A program made the translations under genes and the position numbers. A DNA stretch of 63,009 nucleotides, the filler included, from Octopus bimaculoides (taxonomy: Eukaryota): assembly GCF_001194135.2 (NCBI RefSeq). It is 6 parts of 5 records of this genome, joined end to end, with 100 filler letters (N's around TTAATTAATTAA, not from the genome) between each part and the next. Parts side by side here need not be neighbours in the genome. Positions count along the whole stretch, not along the records: positions 52,180 to 60,923 come from NC_068991.1; positions 61,024 to 63,009 come from NC_069004.1; 4 more parts are not named here. The stretch is one strand, 5' to 3'. Shown in pieces: positions 52,941-63,009 of the stretch (the first letter of the stretch is position 1; every line of letters begins with the position of its first letter). Below the pieces are notes generated by a model that worked only from the letters and a program-made list of their open reading frames with translations, made no database searches and was not told where the DNA came from.

Positions 52941-53288
52941 ACTCTTTTACTCTTTTACTTGTTTCAGTCCTTTGACTGCGGCCATGCTGGAGCACCACCT
53001 TTTTGTCGAGTAAATCGACCCCAGGACATATTCTTTATAAGCTTAGTAATTATTCTATCGGTCTCTTTTGTCGAACCGCTAAGTTACGGGGGGGACCTAA
53101 ACACACCAGCATCGGTTGTCAAGCGATGTTGGGGGGACAAACACAGACACACAAACATATACACGCACATATATATATATATACACACATATATACGACG
53201 GGCTCCTTTCAGTTTCCGTCTACCAAATCCACTCACAAGGCTTTGGTCGGCCCGAGGCTATAGTAGAAGACACTTGCCCAAGGTGCCA
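52941..53288 (-). mobile_element. SINE family A lacking its tRNA head
   Basis: Clean tail (ACTCTTTT)2-ACTTGTTTCAGTCCTTTGACTGCGGCCATGCTGGAGCACCACC. It stops at CCCAAGGTGCCA and joins a family B 3' fragment. Confidence 0.9.
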
Positions 53289-53348
53289 CCCTCCCCCGAA
53301 ACTGCTGGCCTGGTGCCAAAATTTGAAATCAATATATTGGTCATGAAT

Positions 53349-53575
53349 AAGGCGGCGAGCTGGCAGAATCGTTAGCACGATGGACAAAATGCTTAGCGGT
53401 ATTTTGTCCCGCTTTACGTCCTGAGTTCAAATCTCGCCGAGGTCGACTCTGCCTTTAGTCCTTCAGGTGTCGATAAGGTAAGTACCAACCGTGCACTGGG
53501 ATCGATGTAATCGATTTTTTCCCCACACCAGAAATTGCTGGCGTTATGTCAAATGTTGAAGCTAATAAATTGGGT
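53349..53575 (+). mobile_element. SINE family B, full length (reference copy)
   Basis: Head AAGGCGGCGAGCTGGCAGAATCGTTAG, B-box GAGTTCAAATC, body GAGGTCGACTCTGCCTTT, hairpin ATCGATGTAATCGAT, tail ATTGCTGGCGTTATGTCAAATGTTGAAG. Confidence 0.85.
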
Positions 53576-53818
53576 CTTGGGTAAGAGGTTCAGCTCAAAG
53601 CTATCTCAAGCCTTTTAAGATAGAGGAGATTGATGTTAATATTGAACAACTGCAAGTGAACGAAATCAGGTAAAACACGAGCGGAAAGCTTAATTCCCGG
53701 GTAATATGTACTCTGAAGAGAAAGTACTAAATATAGTGATTAGCGCTGTGCCTTGGTAGACACGGGATAGTCACAATATGGATGAGAAAAGGGAGACGAA
53801 TGGGATGAGCCTGAATGT

Positions 53819-54208
53819 TGTTGTTGGCACTCCGTCGCTTACGACGTCGAGGGTTCCAGTTGATCCGATCAACGGAACAACCTGCTCGTGAAATTAACGT
53901 GCAAGTGGCAGAGCACTCCACAGAAACGTGTACCCTTAACGTAGTTCTCGGGGATATTCAGCGTGACAGAGAGTGTGACAAGGCTGACCCTTTGAATTAC
54001 AGACACAACAGAAACAGGAAGTAAGATTGAGAGAGAAAGGTGTGGTTAAAGAGTACAGCAGGGTTCGCCACCATCCCCTGCCGGAGCCTCGTGGAGCTTT
54101 AGGTGTTTTCGCTCAATAAACACTCACAACGCCCGGTCTGGGAATCGAAACCGCGATCCTATGACCGCGAGTCCGCTGCCCTAACCACTGGGCCATTGCG
54201 CCTCCACA
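53819..54208 (-). mobile_element. SINE family C, full length, tRNA-Arg-like head, (CAA)n tail, perfect 11-bp TSD
   Basis: TSD AGCCTGAATGT at 53808-53818 and 54209-54219. Minus-strand head TGGCCCAGTGGTTAGGGCAGCGGACTCGCGGTCATAGGATCGCGGTTTCGATTCC has A/B boxes and resembles tRNA-Arg. 3' end ...GGAGTGCCAACAACA. May correspond to a described tRNA-Arg-derived octopus SINE (not verified). Confidence 0.93.
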
Positions 54209-54432
54209 AGCCTGAATGTAGCTAGCGTCGAATGAGCAGAAGCCATTATAAATAAGCAATTTCGTTAATCTATTTCCTTTCCCCATGCACGGATTCTTAA
54301 TCTTTTGTTTTCATTTCTATACACGTCATTTTACACCTCTACTTGCGTATTCATCAAATTTTTTGTCCATATCGCAATAAGTCTCACTTCATGACCATCT
54401 ATTCGTCATCCCATTGCATCTCCATAATTCTA

Positions 54433-54559
54433 CAGGGTATCCACAAAGTCTGGGTACATGCGGATTAACACATACTTTAAGAAATTATTATTTCTTATAT
54501 TTAATTGTTTATGTTATGATTTTATTTATTCCATAATGCCAGAGTTTGTGGACAACCTG
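54433..54559. mobile_element. Tc1/mariner-superfamily MITE (127 bp, TA TSD)
   Basis: TA-CAGGGTATCCACAAAGTCTGG ... CCAGAGTTTGTGGACAACCTG-TA, TIR 18/21. Confidence 0.85.
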
Positions 54560-54660
54560 TATATCCACAGATGTGTTTGTCTACACGTATGTGTGCAGAT
54601 ATGTACGTATGTTCAAGTTATCTAAATCGTATATATATATATATATATATATATATAGGT

Positions 54661-54915
54661 TCAAAAAAGGAAAAAGACAAAAAGACAACAGCAAAAAACA
54701 ACAACGTGAGGACGTGATACAGATTGTGTTACTAGACGTTCAGGAAAGGAAAGAAAGAGAATATGACGTTTCGAGCGGAGCTCTTCGTCGGAAACAAAGA
54801 AAGTCCAAAGAAGGGAAAAACGGAAGAAGAAAAAATCGCCACCGATATCCACAAGGTTACATTGTGGAAGGACTGGAAGGGAAAGGGTGGAGGAAAAGTT
54901 CTTTCTAAGACAGGA
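54661..54915 (-). mobile_element. Penelope-type terminal repeat (pLTR-like) with hammerhead-like motif
   Basis: Minus strand 54795-54761 reads GTTT CCGACGA A GAGC TCC GCTC GAA ACGT C ATAT within a pyrimidine-rich repeat, the same architecture as 12491-12526. Confidence 0.5.
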
Positions 54916-55251
54916 GAGTGCAATACATATATATATATATATATATATATGCGTACAAATATACACAAATGTATTGTATCAGCATCTTTACCTGAGCCCA
55001 CCTACCTGTATTGCGTGTGGGCTTGTATGCATGTGAATGTGTGTGTGTATGTCTATGTGTGTATACGTGTATGTGTATGCATGTGTACATGCGTGTGCGC
55101 GTCATTCTGACACCTATTTCCTCACGCCATTTATATCCTTTCGAACCGTAGCTCTGGTGTCCGCCACAACTACTTACCAGACCCAGCACCACCACTACCA
55201 CATCCCAACACCCATTATTATCATTATTATCGTTATTATCATTATTATTAC

Positions 55252-55302
<51 letters not shown>

Positions 55303-55919
55303 TATCAATCACGCTACAGTACGACTGTAGCCAGCTGAATAACCACGAAATCCACCACAATAAACAAAACTACAGACAACACGGAAGACCATTAATGACA
55401 AACATTATCTTTCGGCCATTTTAAAAAGCAAAAAAAAAAAAGAAAAATAGTTCTTTTATCATTCATATTCTTCCAAGTCGACATTTTTCTTCAGCATAGC
55501 AACCTTTGGAACGTTAATTTCATCAGAAGCAGCAAGACTTTCTTTTTGCAACTACTAAGGTCTCTCCAACTATCCAAATTGAATAAGTGTAATTAAGTTT
55601 AAAACCCATACTTTCTGGCCGTTGCGGTATGGGAGAAATAGAGAGTGAGAAAAAGAAAGAGAAAGATTGAGGAAGAGAGAGAGGGGGGAGCGAGGACCGA
55701 GAGANNNNNNNNNNNNNNNNNNNNNNNNNNNNNNNNNNNNNNNNNNNNNNNNNNNNNNNNNNNNNNNNNNNNNNNNNNNNNNNNNNNNNNNNNNNNNNNN
55801 NNNNNNNNNNNNNNNNNNNNNNNNNNNNNNNNNNNNNNNNNNNNNNNNNNNNNNNNNNNNNNNNNNNNNNNNNNNNNNNNNNNNNNNNNNNNNNNNNNNN
55901 NNNNNNNNNNNNNNNNNNN

Positions 55920-56221
55920 GTATGTATGTAAGTGTGGTTTATGTCTGTATGTATGTATTTATGTGTGTATGTATGCATGTATGTATGTATGGTAAGTGTG
56001 GTTTATATTTTGTGTAATTCATGTATATATAGATGCCGTATACATATGTTCGTATGTTTATGTAAGTAAATGATGTGTAACAAAGTTCTCTAACACACAT
56101 ACATATACACACAAATGTATGTGCACATATCATGTATGTACGTATATGTATACGTATACGTATACTACGCGCATATATATATATGCATATACATCTATAT
56201 AATAATATGTATGTAGAACTG

Positions 56222-56253
<32 letters not shown>
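55920..56253 (+). repeat. 334-bp segment identical to 57242-57575
   Basis: No difference seen at offset 1322. Each copy abuts an N gap. Confidence 0.9.
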
Positions 56254-56256
<3 letters not shown>

Positions 56257-57543
56257 ATGTATATATATTTATATATGCATGTAAGCATATGTATGTGTAT
56301 GTATGTATATATATATACGTATGTATGTATATATATAAATATATGTATGTACGTGTGTATGCATGTATGTATGCATGAATGTGTGTATGTATGCATATAT
56401 TTAGACGTACAACTCGCCCACGCACACAAGATTTGCAGATCGCAACAAGTGTAGGCAAGTGTAGACCGAAAATTCAAACAACGGCTTAAACATTCGCGAA
56501 TTACATTCAGCGATCTATCGATCAATAGTTTCAACACATACACACACACACACACACACATACACACACACGCACTCAAACATGCACAAGTACACACTTA
56601 CACACATACACGCACACACATGCATACACAAGCATGCAAGCATTCAAACACACGCACACACGTATATAACGAATATTACTTTTTCCTAATATTAATGAGT
56701 TATGCAGGTTTCAAGAACGCCATCTGAAATTTCATCGAGAAGAGAATATGAATAACTAGAAATTATACGTTAACAAGTTCTACAGCCATTGGAAGAAGGT
56801 AAATATAGGTGGTAAGAGAAAGATGGAGTCATACGAAGCAAAATATATAATGGAGAAAGAAGAAAGGATATGGAACGTCACTATATCAAAATGGCTGACA
56901 AACAATTCTTTACTTGAATCAACAATTCTAATTTAAAGCAACAATTACGATATATATGTATATGTGTGTGTGTGCGTGTGTGCGCGCGCGCGTGTGTGTC
57001 TGTGTGTCTGTGTATATATGTGTGTGTGCGTGTGTGTGTATGTATATATGTATGTATGTATATATNNNNNNNNNNCACACACACACACACACACACACAC
57101 ACGGAGAGAAAACGGGCGCCAGAGAAGGTGACAGAGTTGCGAAGAAAGAAGAGGAAAACCGTACAATATATATGTGTGTTTATATACACACGCACACACA
57201 AGCGCACATACAAACGCACACGTCTGCATATATGTATGTATGTATGTATGTAAGTGTGGTTTATGTCTGTATGTATGTATTTATGTGTGTATGTATGCAT
57301 GTATGTATGTATGGTAAGTGTGGTTTATATTTTGTGTAATTCATGTATATATAGATGCCGTATACATATGTTCGTATGTTTATGTAAGTAAATGATGTGT
57401 AACAAAGTTCTCTAACACACATACATATACACACAAATGTATGTGCACATATCATGTATGTACGTATATGTATACGTATACGTATACTACGCGCATATAT
57501 ATATATGCATATACATCTATATAATAATATGTATGTAGAACTG

Positions 57544-57575
<32 letters not shown>

Positions 57576-58481
57576 NNNNNNNNNNNNNNNNNNNNNNNNN
57601 NNNNNNNNNNNNNNNNNNNNNNNNNNNNNNNNNNNNNNNNNNNNNNNNNNNNNNNNNNNNNNNNNNNNNNNNNNNNNNNNNNNNNNNNNNNNNNNNNNNN
57701 NNNNNNNNNNNNNNNNNNNNNNNNNNNNNNNNNNNNNNNNNNNNNNNNNNNNNNNNNNNNNNNNNNNNNNNNNNNNNNNNNNNNNNNNNNNNNNNNNNNN
57801 NNNNNNNNNNNNNNNNNNNNNNNNNNNNNNNNNNNNNNNNNNNNNNNNNNNNNNNNNNNNNNNNNNNNNNNNNNNNNNNNNNNNNNNNNNNNNNNNNNNN
57901 NNNNNNNNNNNNNNNNNNNNNNNNNNNNNNNNNNNNNNNNNNNNNNNNNNNNNNNNNNNNNNNNNNNNNNNNNNNNNNNNNNNNNNNNNNNNNNNNNNNN
58001 NNNNNNNNNNNNNNNNNNNNNNNNNNNNNNNNNNNNNNNNNNNNNNNNNNNNNNNNNNNNNNNNNNNNNNNNNNNNNNNNNNNNNNNNNNNNNNNNNNNN
58101 NNNNNNNNNNNNNNNNNNNNNNNNNNNNNNNNNNNNNNNNNNNNNNNNNNNNNNNNNNNNNNNNNNNNNNNNNNNNNNNNNNNNNNNNNNNNNNNNNNNN
58201 NNNNNNNNNNNNNNNNNNNNNNNNNNNNNNNNNNNNNNNNNNNNNNNNNNNNNNNNNNNNNNNNNNNNNNNNNNNNNNNNNNNNNNNNNNNNNNNNNNNN
58301 NNNNNNNNNNNNNNNNNNNNNNNNNNNNNNNNNNNNNNNNNNNNNNNNNNNNNNNNNNNNNNNNNNNNNNNNNNNNNNNNNNNNNNNNNNNNNNNNNNNN
58401 NNNNNNNNNNNNNNNNNNNNNNNNNNNNNNNNNNNNNNNNNNNNNNNNNNNNNNNNNNNNNNNNNNTATATATATATATAT

Positions 58482-58523
<42 letters not shown>

Positions 58524-58931
58524 CTATCTATATCTATATATATATACACACACGCACATACATACATAAATATATATATAATGCGCGTATGTGTGTGTGT
58601 GTGTGTGTGTGTATGTAAAAATAAACACAGATGTGTAAATATATATCTGTGAGCATATATATGTAAGAATATACATATTTACATGTATGTATGTATGTAT
58701 GTGTATATGTATGTATGTGTATAATGTAAAAAAACATGGCTGTAGGTGAACGATGTTCGAAGCAAGAATAATGAATTCTTTTCTATGAAGATGAAATTAG
58801 AGAGAAAAATCTTAACGGGAAGCGTAGCATGGGACATACAATCGCTCCTATGTAATACGTACAATGACTATGACTATTCGTATGGAGAAACGTTTAATGA
58901 GCATTTCTTCTGGTATACGTGTGAATGTTTG

Positions 58932-58970
<39 letters not shown>

Positions 58971-60607
58971 TCTGATGTGATGAATAAAACAAGAAGACCC
59001 GATGCATATTTATTTATTACATTTTCGGTAGGGGAAGTTAGTTTCCTTAGGTTAGAGATAAAATATACATATTTCTTTTATTGAACTTCCAATGGATGTT
59101 CAAATCAAAATAGAAATGAAGTAAATAGTCTTTCTCTGTCTGTCTGTCTGNNNNNNNNNNNNNNNNNNNNNNNNNNNNNNNNNNNNNNNNNNNNNNNNNN
59201 NNNNNNNNNNNNNNNNNNNNNNNNNNNNNNNNNNNNNNNNNNNNNNNNNNNNNNNNNNNNNNNNNNNNNNNNNNNNNNNNNNNNNNNNNNNNNNNNNNNN
59301 NNNNNNNNNNNNNNNNNNNNNNNNNNNNNNNNNNNNNNNNNNNNNNNNNNNNNNNNNNNNNNNNNNNNNNNNNNNNNNNNNNNNNNNNNNNNNNNNNNNN
59401 NNNNNNNNNNNNNNNNNNNNNNNNNNNNNNNNNNNNNNNNNNNNNNNNNNNNNNNNNNNNNNNNNNNNNNNNNNNNNNNNNNNNNNNNNNNNNNNNNNNN
59501 NNNNNNNNNNNNNNNNNNNNNNNNNNNNNNNNNNNNNNNNNNNNNNNNNNNNNNNNNNNNNNNNNNNNNNNNNNNNNNNNNNNNNNNNNNNNNNNNNNNN
59601 NNNNNNNNNNNNNNNNNNNNNNNNNNNNNNNNNNNNNNNNNNNNNNNNNNNNNNNNNNNNNNNNNNNNNNNNNNNNNNNNNNNNNNNNNNNNNNNNNNNN
59701 NNNNNNNNNNNNNNNNNNNNNNNNNNNNNNNNNNNNNNNNNNNNNNNNNNNNNNNNNNNNNNNNNNNNNNNNNNNNNNNNNNNNNNNNNNNNNNNNNNNN
59801 NNNNNNNNNNNNNNNNNNNNNNNNNNNNNNNNNNNNNNNNNNNNNNNNNNNNNNNNNNNNNNNNNNNNNNNNNNNNNNNNNNNNNNNNNNNNNNNNNNNN
59901 NNNNNNNNNNNNNNNNNNNNNNNNNNNNNNNNNNNNNNNNNNNNNNNNNNNNNNNNNNNNNNNNNNNNNNNNNNNNNNNNNNNNNNNNNNNNNNNNNNNN
60001 NNNNNNNNNNNNNNNNNNNNNNNNNNNNNNNNNNNNNNNNNNNNNNNNNNNNNNNNNNNNNNNNNNNNNNNNNNNNNNNNNNNTATATATATATATATCA
60101 CACACATCGAAACAGGAGATGAAAAAAACTTTGGGGGAATATCATTTATTCGCCGTTACACATGTTTCATTTGCTAATAGGAATTACAAAACCGTACAAG
60201 TAGGAGAAACGGAGAAACATATAGGATGTTTCCGATAGTAAAGTCTTCAGATACAGAATCACATAATGAATAAAATTACACTGCAAAAAATATTTCCCAG
60301 ATTTTAAACTCATAGCATACCTCATAGAAATATAACATATACATACGCACGTGGAATATTGGAATAAGCAGATGTGCTTCAAAGGACACAGTCTGGATTT
60401 TAGCCCTAACACCATTACGTATATATATATATATACTCCCATAATATAAGCATAATATAAGCGTGTATGTTTTCATGATGTCTCGTCGTCGTTTGGTAAA
60501 TCGATTCAGGCCTTAGAACAAATGTAGAATTTCTTTTGGCCACCTGGAAAAATACACAACCATCTCATTGAACAGTGTTATAGGGTGAGTCATTATGCAA
60601 ACATACA

Positions 60608-60661
<54 letters not shown>

Positions 60662-60726
60662 CATCTATCTATCTATCTATCTATCTATCTGTGTGTCTGT
60701 CTAACTGTCTGTCTATCTATGTGTCT

Positions 60727-60923
60727 AGTTATCTCTAAAAGGCCGGGCGGAGGTGGCTAATGTGTATATCGCATCAGTCATCGATTACCGCCTGACCGTC
60801 GTGCCTTGTCCCGATGCCACCATCACGAAACTAGAACGCATACTTTTCCGCTTTCTGTGGAAGGGTGGCGTTCCGATGGTGAGGCGATCCATTTGCTGTC
60901 AACAACCGTTACGTGGAGGACTG
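60727..60923 (+). pseudogene. Tx1/L1-clade LINE ORF2 (RT C-terminal) fragment, truncated by the scaffold end
   Basis: LSLKGRAEVANVYIASVIDYRLTVVPCPDATITKLERILFRFLWKGGVPMVRRSICCQQPLRGGL matches the L1/Tx1 pattern LS..GR...I......L...F.W.G......L..P...GGL. Frame intact over 65 codons. Confidence 0.85.
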
Positions 60924-61023
60924 NNNNNNNNNNNNNNNNNNNNNNNNNNNNNNNNNNNNNNNNNNNNTTAATTAATTAANNNNNNNNNNNNNNNNNNNNN
61001 NNNNNNNNNNNNNNNNNNNNNNN
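60924..61023. other. Artificial scaffold-joining spacer 5
   Basis: 44N-TTAATTAATTAA-44N. Confidence 0.95.
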
Positions 61024-61780
61024 TATATATATATATATATATATATATTGTATGTGTGTGTGAGTGTATGCATATATATGTATATGTGTGTACAAGTGAG
61101 TGCGTGTGTATATGTGTATATATATATGTGTATATATATATATATATATTGACACATGTATATACGTGTGTATAACATGTTCGCGTGTGTAGAGAACACA
61201 AGGCTTAGAGTAAATGCAGTCGGTACTCTGTGCATTTGTGTGTGTATGCATATATGTATATATCTATACACACACACACATATAATAAACTATCTTTGAA
61301 CTGGGTATTGTGAACCTGCGTCCTTGTGTGTGTGTGTGTGTGTGTGTTCAGGGTATAGAATTTCGTTTAGGGAGTTATTAGAAAAAGCTCACGTGAGAGT
61401 ACTTTATTCTTCCGGTTCCCTTCTGTCCCCCCCCCTCCCCTCCCCGCATCTTCTTCCTCGATTTTATTCAGGGAAAAAACGTAACTTGATCGATCGATTT
61501 CGGTGGGGTAGGGGTGGGGGTCTTTGGAGAAAACTTAATGCTATTGTTTGGTCGCAACTTATTTTACACATCCATTATCATGTAGAGGTGTATATACGTG
61601 TGTATATGGTCATATGAATGTATATCTGTGTGTGTATGGATATAGTGTATATATGTGTGAGAATGTATGTGTATATAGGTAGTTATGTGTGTGCATATAT
61701 ATATATATGTGTATGTGTGTATATACTTCGGTCATTAGTGTATATGCATTCCTATATGTTTATATATGGATACATGAGTG

Positions 61781-61820
<40 letters not shown>

Positions 61821-62139
61821 CATATATTCGTCTATATACATTGTGGAAGCCGTTTATTGTGATCACTAATAGATATAACGTCTTTATAACAATGGTTCTC
61901 AGCTGATATTCCTATAGAAATATATAAATATTGATTTGGTCCGCAAATTTTGATAACAATGGGTGATTGATAACAGCTGGTCATAAAAATAGGCGTCCAT
62001 GTTATGTGCGTGTGTGAGAATGTATGTGTTGGATTGTGCGCGTACGTGTGTGACTATGCGGTGTGTGTGTGTGTGTGTATATATATACATGCGCGTGCTT
62101 ATATACATTTATGTGTGTGTGTATGTGTGTGACTATGCG

Positions 62140-62201
<62 letters not shown>

Positions 62202-62214
62202 TATATACCCTCTG

Positions 62215-62245
<31 letters not shown>

Positions 62246-62399
62246 CTGCGCGTGCTTATATACATTTATATGTATGTGTGTGTGTATATGCATGCCTTTA
62301 CCACGTTGAAAAGAGAGTGGTAGCTATGCTGTGAGTTATGGCCAATGCAATTACTCGGTAAAATATGGCACAAAAAAACAAAACAAACAAAAAAAAGTC

Positions 62400-62570
62400 T
62401 TTCATGTCTTGGATTTCCAGGTTCAGATCTTATCGAAATTCGAATTTCTTTACATTCCATTGGGGACAAGAAACAAAAGTAGCACGGGGCCGATATTTAG
62501 GTCAATTGCATCGATTGTAGCCTCCTGGTCTCCTCCTCCTTTGAATTTCTGGCCTCTTGCCCTATAGAAA
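62400..62570 (+). mobile_element. SINE family B, highly degenerate
   Basis: GGTTCAGATC...AAAAGTAGC...GGTCAATTGCATCGATTG...GAATTTCTGGCCTCTTGCC. Confidence 0.4.
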
Positions 62571-62811
62571 TTACATTTTCCAACATGTTAATAAAGTTAA
62601 TGTATGTGATTAAAGTTTATACCACGTGATCTACTTAATTTAGTCGGAGTAGGTCAAGTGGTTTGGTCTGAGACCTTCTGACGAAATATTTCAGGAAGAT
62701 AATGTACTCAGGTGTTATATCTGTGTCGACCCGAAAACATTCTCTCGGATCTATCTAATCCATCCATCCATCCGTCTGTCTGTCTGTCTATCCTATCTGT
62801 CTCTGTGTCTG

Positions 62812-62846
<35 letters not shown>

Positions 62847-62905
62847 GTCTATCTAAATGCGCGTGTATATATGTATATATGTGTATGTATATATGTATAT
62901 ATGTG

Positions 62906-62952
<47 letters not shown>

Positions 62953-63009
62953 TTATGCTAGTTAAGGGGACGGCAACCAACCTGTATTTGACCATCAAGT
63001 CTGCCTCAG

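Noticed and set aside
54135-54208. tRNA-Arg gene
   Set aside because: It is the head of a TSD-flanked SINE. The acceptor stem is not closed and it continues into the SINE body.
55470-55570. Possible exons on either strand (HSNLWNVNFIRSSKTFFLQLLR; LQKESLAASDEINVPKVAMLKKNVDLEEYE*)
   Set aside because: Each has only one credible splice site.
56420-56500. HKICRSQQV*ASVDRKFKQRLKH resembling a GIY-YIG endonuclease segment
   Set aside because: About 20 codons with a stop and no diagnostic G(I/V)Y or YIG residues, so it is not supportable.

Overview
Non-prokaryotic, AT-rich, repeat-dense animal DNA. Most likely an octopus (coleoid cephalopod) draft assembly, inferred from my recognition of the SINE/MITE families rather than from a database search. 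About 10 kb is N. Five identical 100-bp spacers (44 N + TTAATTAATTAA + 44 N) show the window is an artificial concatenation of six pieces: 1-21375, 21476-31581, 31682-48224, 48325-52079, 52180-60923 and 61024-63009. No complete or nameable host gene is visible, and almost every ORF in the supplied track is microsatellite or N translation. Supported content: (i) three abundant tRNA-headed SINE families (called A, B, C here) and a fourth non-coding repeat (D) associated with AAT tracts; (ii) decayed autonomous elements: mariner and Tc1 transposases, two R4/Dong-type restriction-like-endonuclease LINE fragments, Tx1/L1 ORF1 and ORF2 fragments, and a Penelope-like remnant; (iii) hAT, piggyBac-like, Tc1/mariner-like and foldback MITEs; (iv) an inward-facing degenerate (TTAGGG)n array and many microsatellites; (v) a few weak candidate exons. 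The most interesting signals are at RNA-structure level: two minimal hammerhead-like motifs in Penelope-type terminal repeats, a covarying 3' hairpin in SINE A, a hairpin shared by SINEs A and B, and repeated signs that SINE tails pair with their insertion targets. I found no evidence for a novel protein-coding system. All family assignments come from motif recognition by eye, and boundaries are approximate unless a TSD/TIR is quoted.
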